A stretch of 64,000 nucleotides of DNA. It comes from Tetramitus jugosus (taxonomy: Eukaryota > Protista > Heterolobosea). The notes beneath the pieces are model-generated. The model saw nothing but the letters and a program-made list of their open reading frames with translations. It was not told the DNA's origin and searched no databases. The position numbers were made by a program, and so were the translations under genes. This document shows, piece after piece, positions 58,229 to 64,000 of the stretch. The first letter of the stretch is position 1. Every line of letters starts with the position of its first letter. The DNA lies in the NCBI GenBank assembly GCA_937625935.1, contig OW569371.1, positions 186,001-250,000 of the forward strand, given 5' to 3'.

Positions 58229-59800
58229 ATGATCGCATCCAACAGCTGCGTACTGAGCCGTCTGTCCACCGAAGCTCTCACCCACTTTCTCCTTCTCCAG
58301 CATCAACTCTTTCGTCGCATCCTTTCATTCCTGCCTGCCCACCATCTCCATCCTCTCCAACGCACTTGCCAATCCTGGCATCGCATCATTATGGATCATC
58401 TCCAAAAACAACCTCAACACAATCGAACTGTGCATCTTCTTCTTCGACAACCTACCAAACAGCAACAACAACCAACCAAACAACAACCCATTATCCAGTT
58501 TATTGTGATTGGTAATATTGAAAATCGAAGAGTTTCCTACTTTCAGAGTGCAGTCATTGATTTTGAGTGCCCTGCAGCCAAGTGTGTCAGTTGGGACACT
58601 GTACTCAACTGGCAACTACAGCAATCTCATGCATACAATGTCAATCAATGGAAACAATTGCTTCAGTTGCGTTCCTCTTTTCGAAACTATGAGCATCGAC
58701 CAGTCAAGTATGTGCTGCGCATTGAATCTACGGGAGAAAATTTTTCAGTGGAGAAAAAATTGTTACAGTTGGGCGCTCGGGACATGTATGAGAGAGAGTC
58801 GAGTGGAATGCGGATACGAAGTGAGAATGCAGCTCAGTTGACTTTTGATTTGGGAGTTGTGCGGTATCAGAGACAGTGGTACTTGGGGTTCGTGAGATCG
58901 TTGCAATTGTTGAAGAGTCATTTGGAGGATGCAGTGGTACACTCATGTAATGGTGATTTGAGTTTTCGGTTCATGAATCATCCGGATGATGTCATGGTCA
59001 TGTTCGACAAGAGATGGTGTTACCAGCATTTACAGAAATTTCAAGTTCCGTTGCCGAGAGCTTTTTTGGATGTGGAGAGTCATGATGCACTGAAACGAGT
59101 GTTGAACGAGCAAAAGATGAGCAAGGTGTTTGTGAAATTGGCACATGGAAGTTCGGCTTCCGGCGTAGTTGCATATTCGTGCTTGTTGGATCACACGATT
59201 CAAAATTCAATGGACAAGGGAGTTCAGTATCCCTGTACAGAGATTGCAACAACGTCGGCAGAGCTCACACGACCCAATGCTCAAGATCCTTCTCAATTTG
59301 AACTCCATAATAGCTTGAGTATCCGTAGATATAATCGATCGAATGACGCGAAGAACATTGTTGATTTTATTTGTTCAGAGAAGGCCATTGTGGAAGAATG
59401 GTTACCCAAAGCAAAGTACGCCAATGGTAGAAACTTTGATTTGCGTGTCGTGGTCATTGCAGGACAAGCGAAGCACTTTGTTGTGAGGACGAGTCATAGT
59501 CCCATGACGAATTTGCACTTGGGAAATCAACGAGGAGAAAACAAGGTGTTTCTAGATATGATCCATAAGAAGGCACCAGGTAGTTGGGAGAAAGTGAAGG
59601 ATACTTGCTCTCGTGTCGCTCGTGAATGCTTTCCCAGAAGCTTGTATATGGGCATTGACGTGTTAATTTCGCCCGACTTCAAGAGGCATTATATATTGGA
59701 AGTGAATGCATTTGGTGATTTGATTCCACGCATCTATCATGACAATATGGACACTTATCATTCGGAAGTGAAGGCTATTCTGGACCTTTATTCTCAATAG
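58229..59800 (+). CDS. F-box fused to an STM4014-like (RimK-related) ATP-grasp ligase
   Basis: F-box LFRRILSFLPAHHLHPLQRTCQSWHRI; VIGNIENRRV, LRIESTGEN, FVKLAHGSSASGV, FDLRVVVI, SPMTNLHLGNQRG, GIDVL, LEVNAFGDL. Confidence 0.75.
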   Translation: MIASNSCVLSRLSTEALTHFLLLQHQLFRRILSFLPAHHLHPLQRTCQSWHRIIMDHLQKQPQHNRTVHLLLRQPTKQQQQPTKQQPIIQFIVIGNIENRRVSYFQSAVIDFECPAAKCVSWDTVLNWQLQQSHAYNVNQWKQLLQLRSSFRNYEHRPVKYVLRIESTGENFSVEKKLLQLGARDMYERESSGMRIRSENAAQLTFDLGVVRYQRQWYLGFVRSLQLLKSHLEDAVVHSCNGDLSFRFMNHPDDVMVMFDKRWCYQHLQKFQVPLPRAFLDVESHDALKRVLNEQKMSKVFVKLAHGSSASGVVAYSCLLDHTIQNSMDKGVQYPCTEIATTSAELTRPNAQDPSQFELHNSLSIRRYNRSNDAKNIVDFICSEKAIVEEWLPKAKYANGRNFDLRVVVIAGQAKHFVVRTSHSPMTNLHLGNQRGENKVFLDMIHKKAPGSWEKVKDTCSRVARECFPRSLYMGIDVLISPDFKRHYILEVNAFGDLIPRIYHDNMDTYHSEVKAILDLYSQ

Positions 59801-60052
59801 TACAATACTGATGGATAATTTTGTATGCGATACTTAGCGGGCGGGCTTGCGACTCGCAAAGGGAGCAATGTGGTCCTTGTACCAACAGGGTAGGTTTCTG
59901 ATTGGCCCTTTCATCCGAACATTGAGTGAGACGATTAGTCTGACTGGAGGCTTCCAAATGGTCTCTCGAAAAGTTCTACAGTATTCGCGCACATCCAGCG
60001 AGATGAAAGGACAACATTTTACAACGGTAAACATTATGTACAATATTTATTT

Positions 60053-60625
60053 TTAGTTTAATAGCTCTTGTATGCTGATTGAAGCCCGATAAGGTCTCGA
60101 GTAGGAATGAACTGTTGGTTGTTGTTGTGGCTCGGTCAACCGTTCTTGATTGAATCGTTGGAGGGCCAAGTGCATGGCAGCAATCGCTTCTTCTTGATTT
60201 TGAAGTTGTGTGTTGCAAGGTGTACTTGTTGAGGTTGACTTCGTTGTTCTTTTAGTTTTTGGTGAAGCTCTCTTTTTTCGTGGTTTGCTATTGGAAGCGT
60301 GGTTACTACCATTGGAGGAGAGAACCCAATGACTGGCGTACCCAGTTGCCTGAATTTTTCTTTGTTGGATGAGTAATTCTTGAGAATTGACCGTTTCTGT
60401 GGGTGAGTTGTGGGGATGATACGGTTCCCTAGAGGCCTCTCCCTTGAGACCAGTTTTGAACGTCACCGGTTCAAATGTCCATTCAGTTCCAGTAGTTTTA
60501 AGAGTATCAGCACGGTGTGGTCTTGATGTCGTGCAGGTCAAAGGTTGTGGAAACGACAACAACTTATCCTTCTTGTAATGATTCTTAGATATCCTGGAGA
60601 GAGACGAAGGAGCAAAGGTAAACAT
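60053..60625 (-). CDS. Hypothetical basic protein ending in ISIQELLN
   Basis: 190-aa ORF with NLS-like KPRKKR and a terminal SIxxLLN motif. Confidence 0.5.
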   Translation of the reverse strand: MFTFAPSSLSRISKNHYKKDKLLSFPQPLTCTTSRPHRADTLKTTGTEWTFEPVTFKTGLKGEASREPYHPHNSPTETVNSQELLIQQRKIQATGYASHWVLSSNGSNHASNSKPRKKRASPKTKRTTKSTSTSTPCNTQLQNQEEAIAAMHLALQRFNQERLTEPQQQPTVHSYSRPYRASISIQELLN

Positions 60626-61204
60626 GTGGTGGATAGTTGTAGGTTCTTCTTGGTGAGTGTGCATCCTTTCTTACAAGTTTTTGTTGGACTTAGGGTATGA
60701 GGTTGGTTGGTTGGGTAGTGAGTTGGTTTGTTTGTGAATAGAATGACTCGTGAATATGGATTCCTGTCTGAGGAAGTTAACCTCAATCGCCCAATGGAAT
60801 TCTAATCTTCCCAATGCTAAATCCGAATGTCGCTCTTTGGATTGAGAAGAATGGATCTCAATTCCTTCTTTGGTCTTTCTATCCTTTGTTGCTGAGAATC
60901 TTGGTCAAACAAGTCCAAGCAGTACGACGGCACGGGAGTTCAAAACTGACCCCAAAGCGGATACAGCCATTGTTTTGGGGTGAATACCTCACGGAGACGG
61001 CTGTTTTGTTGTAACCTTTTGGGGAGTCACATATCCGTTTCGGACGGATCCGATAAGTTTCGGCCGAAAAGCGACGTAAGTTATCGAAACTCCTTTTGGG
61101 TCTGGTCAGGAGGCCAATCTCTCTTGATTCTGATTCCAACTCAAGCCGGGCCCAAATAGAAGCACAAAAAACCGCCAAAAATTTGAGCAAAAAAAAACGA
61201 AAAA

Positions 61205-64000
61205 ATGTCGGATCAACAACAAACGCCAAAATTGCTCGAAATTGACTTGAATGCCATTCATGATGATGAAGATGACGAAGAACAATCGTTGCAACCATCA
61301 TTATCACCTCCTTCTCCATCATCATCATCACAACAACCACTGTCCAACGATCACTTCCAGAATTCACTCGAACAAATACTTTTGGAATTATCGACCAAGC
61401 GGAAACAACTGACACAAAAATTGTCTCGCCTCAATGAACAAATTGTATTTTATGAGCAACTCAAACATCAACACTATCAACAACAACACGCATCATCCTC
61501 TCAGTTATTGACCATTCCTTCAAATGAACGATCCAACACACCAGACACTCCTCACATCATTCCTGAGATACAACCACCACAATCAACATTGACCCATATT
61601 CAAATTACAAAAATGGAACCATCTTGCGCACTATTATCACAAAATGTGTTGATTGATCATCCATTGTCTTCATTGATAACGAATAATCATGATGAAACAA
61701 TAACGAAAACAGAAGCAATAACAACTACAGCAACAACAATACAAAATTCTTCAGTGAGTGAGGATCAAGTGACTACTCAACCATCAATCATGATCGATGA
61801 TTCACAACAAACAACCAAAGAAGAAGAAGAAGAACACCGCCATCACTCACTTACATCATCAATATCATCACCACCAATAAGATCAACAATAATAGACAAT
61901 CAATTGGATCATGAACCAATGATGATCACATCGGTAAATGATTCACAAGAGGATATTCCATTGATTGTCATGGATTCACCTGATAAGCTCCACCTCTCAT
62001 CATCACTCTCATCACTATCAACAACAACAATAACAAACAAAAAGAGAAACAGAACAGAAAATGATCAAACTTTGCAACATGAAGAAGACAATGAAGAAGA
62101 AACGACAACACCAAAAAAGAAATTTGCAAGATTGAGATTGCAGAGAGAAAACAACAACCACAACAACAACAAACATGAAGCTGATGTTGATGCTCCGAAT
62201 GAAAAAATGTCAGTCAAACAAAGTACGCCAAAAAAGCGAACGTTAAGACGACCAAGACCAACGACACGATCATCAACATCCAAAACTTTATCATCACCAA
62301 CAAATGTTTCGCCCAAACAAAGTATCACAATTTCGCCAAAAATATCAAATTCTCCTCTGCTGGAGCATGCAAAATCAAAGAGTATTGATTATTCGTCGGA
62401 GGATAGTGACAATGTAACACAAACAAAGAAGAGCAGTGCATTGAATAGTAATAATGATGATGATCATCATCATGAAACGACGAATAATGAAGATGGAGTG
62501 ACTGGATTTGGAGACGGTGATGATGGTGATGATGGCAAAAAGGATACCAATGCGATAACGAATGATGAAAACAAGGTTATTGTCATTCATAACGGTAATG
62601 GTCCAACATCAGATCATATGATTGACAATAATGATAATGGCAATGATGATGATGAAGGAAATTCAGAAGAGGAGATCATGTTTGTTGCTCCTTGTTTAAA
62701 CAAGAAGAATGAATCGTCATCATCGTTATCATCTACTCCCACGAAGACATCAAACGACAATGGTTCAATTGAATTTGATGACAGTGATGACAATAACGAT
62801 GACGAGAAAAGAGTGGGAACAACTTCTCAACAAACGAAACGACGAGGACGGTTGGCAACACTGAGAAAACGAAAGAGTTTGAGTCAAGTGGACAAGCGAA
62901 AGAATGCGTTGGATCAGTTGAGTAAGCGCACGAAACTGCAATCATCACAAGCTCATAATAACAATGATGACAGTGATATGAGTGATAGTGATTACACACT
63001 GAGTAGTAGCGGCGAGGAAGGAGTAGATGATAATGCAGTGAATGTAGTAGAAGAAGCGAAACTTGAGGAAGAAACAGCTCCAAAGAGGAGAAGAGTCGTC
63101 CGAAACAAGCATCACAAGCGCACAGGTAATATGGAGCGCTTAAAGGTTGGATTGGATGACTTTATTGTGTCATCCGACGAAGAAATTGAATTTGAATCTC
63201 CAGACGAATTGGACAAGGTCGTAGAAGAGAAAGTCGTGGAGGTACCAAGCTTGGCCACACAATCAGCCAAGATTACATTTGTGAGCAAGGAAGGAAGGCA
63301 CGTGGAGAAGGAAGTATTCACACAACAACTGGAAAAGGAAGAAAGTGAAGATGACGAAGATAATCGTGATTCAACGGTATCCTCTCCTGAAATCTCCTCT
63401 GGGTACACATCAGTCAAGAGTGCTCCTTTCTTGTTGCGGCCAACTACTACATTGAGCGTGAAGGGTGCATTTATGACGACGTGTCAATATTTTGCTTACT
63501 CTGCCATTTATCCTGAATGGGAGCGCGATGTCCTAAAGGATGACGAGAAGCGAGATCATTACCAACCATGCTTGATCAAAATATTGGATACTGTTAGCTC
63601 CATCAAGGAGAGCTTAGCAGCGAGCTCTGTTTGGACATCCGAATTGTGTGAAGAGATAAAACAACGCACTTTCTTCCATCATCAGGACTTTTTCGCAAGT
63701 TCGGACGAATGTTGTGACGTGTGTCGACGATCGAATCACGAACCTACTTTTGCTGTCTCCTTGTCTGGCGACATAATAGATCAAGGTTTTTATTCGAGGT
63801 ATACGGCATGTAATCCTAACAAGTATATCATTCAAAAGGCCCCAAAGCCCTACAAATTTGTTTCTGCTCGGATATGCTTTGCACGTGTGTCTGTTTATCA
63901 TATCATGCACCACTACAAGTATTTTCTGGTGCGGAAGCTTAAGTCATTGATTTCATCCATCAAGAAAACCGACGAAGCAGACGTGATGATACAAATCGAA
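61205..64000 (+). CDS. CCDC82/DUF4211-like protein with long low-complexity N-terminus (runs off the right edge)
   Basis: Manual translation: ATG 61205 is in the same frame as the C-terminal SSVWTSEL..CDVCRRSNHEP..LSG..ICFARVSVYHIMHHYKYFL; missing from the ORF track, consistent with no stop inside the window. Confidence 0.65.
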   Translation, partial: MSDQQQTPKLLEIDLNAIHDDEDDEEQSLQPSLSPPSPSSSSQQPLSNDHFQNSLEQILLELSTKRKQLTQKLSRLNEQIVFYEQLKHQHYQQQHASSSQLLTIPSNERSNTPDTPHIIPEIQPPQSTLTHIQITKMEPSCALLSQNVLIDHPLSSLITNNHDETITKTEAITTTATTIQNSSVSEDQVTTQPSIMIDDSQQTTKEEEEEHRHHSLTSSISSPPIRSTIIDNQLDHEPMMITSVNDSQEDIPLIVMDSPDKLHLSSSLSSLSTTTITNKKRNRTENDQTLQHEEDNEEETTTPKKKFARLRLQRENNNHNNNKHEADVDAPNEKMSVKQSTPKKRTLRRPRPTTRSSTSKTLSSPTNVSPKQSITISPKISNSPLLEHAKSKSIDYSSEDSDNVTQTKKSSALNSNNDDDHHHETTNNEDGVTGFGDGDDGDDGKKDTNAITNDENKVIVIHNGNGPTSDHMIDNNDNGNDDDEGNSEEEIMFVAPCLNKKNESSSSLSSTPTKTSNDNGSIEFDDSDDNNDDEKRVGTTSQQTKRRGRLATLRKRKSLSQVDKRKNALDQLSKRTKLQSSQAHNNNDDSDMSDSDYTLSSSGEEGVDDNAVNVVEEAKLEEETAPKRRRVVRNKHHKRTGNMERLKVGLDDFIVSSDEEIEFESPDELDKVVEEKVVEVPSLATQSAKITFVSKEGRHVEKEVFTQQLEKEESEDDEDNRDSTVSSPEISSGYTSVKSAPFLLRPTTTLSVKGAFMTTCQYFAYSAIYPEWERDVLKDDEKRDHYQPCLIKILDTVSSIKESLAASSVWTSELCEEIKQRTFFHHQDFFASSDECCDVCRRSNHEPTFAVSLSGDIIDQGFYSRYTACNPNKYIIQKAPKPYKFVSARICFARVSVYHIMHHYKYFLVRKLKSLISSIKKTDEADVMIQIE

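Overview
Gene-dense eukaryotic nuclear DNA: standard code, short GT-AG introns of 74-166 nt, most intergenic gaps under 300 bp, many poly-Asn/Gln tracts. It looks like a free-living protist, possibly a heterolobosean (inference only). About 25 host genes are present, including WDR61, DPY30, SET1, a TPR protein, RPB9, FARSA, NPRL3, a CFAP97-like protein, a villin-headpiece protein, PPase, a DOCK-C2/RasGEF, an EGF membrane protein, OSBP, F-box/SPRY, BTB-Arf, F-box/ATP-grasp and a CCDC82-like protein. There are four tRNA loci: Arg-TCT, Trp-CCA, Tyr-GTA (disrupted) and iMet. The main observation is that every mobile element I can recognise sits at a tRNA gene. (1) Two 5'-truncated poly(A) non-LTR retrotransposons are stacked at one site 56 bp upstream of tRNA-iMet, with the 16-bp target duplication present three times. 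(2) A related ORF1-only element with the same 3' terminus lies just upstream of tRNA-Trp. (3) An 8-kb island between divergent tRNA-Trp and tRNA-Tyr also holds a DIRS-like RT with no RNase H, a T5orf172/GIY-YIG ORF, tRNA-Tyr 5' halves, and a TIR DNA transposon that splits tRNA-Tyr. This resembles a TRE5-like tRNA-targeting system. Several host proteins have unusual domain fusions. All protein calls come from recognising motifs by eye; no searches were run.
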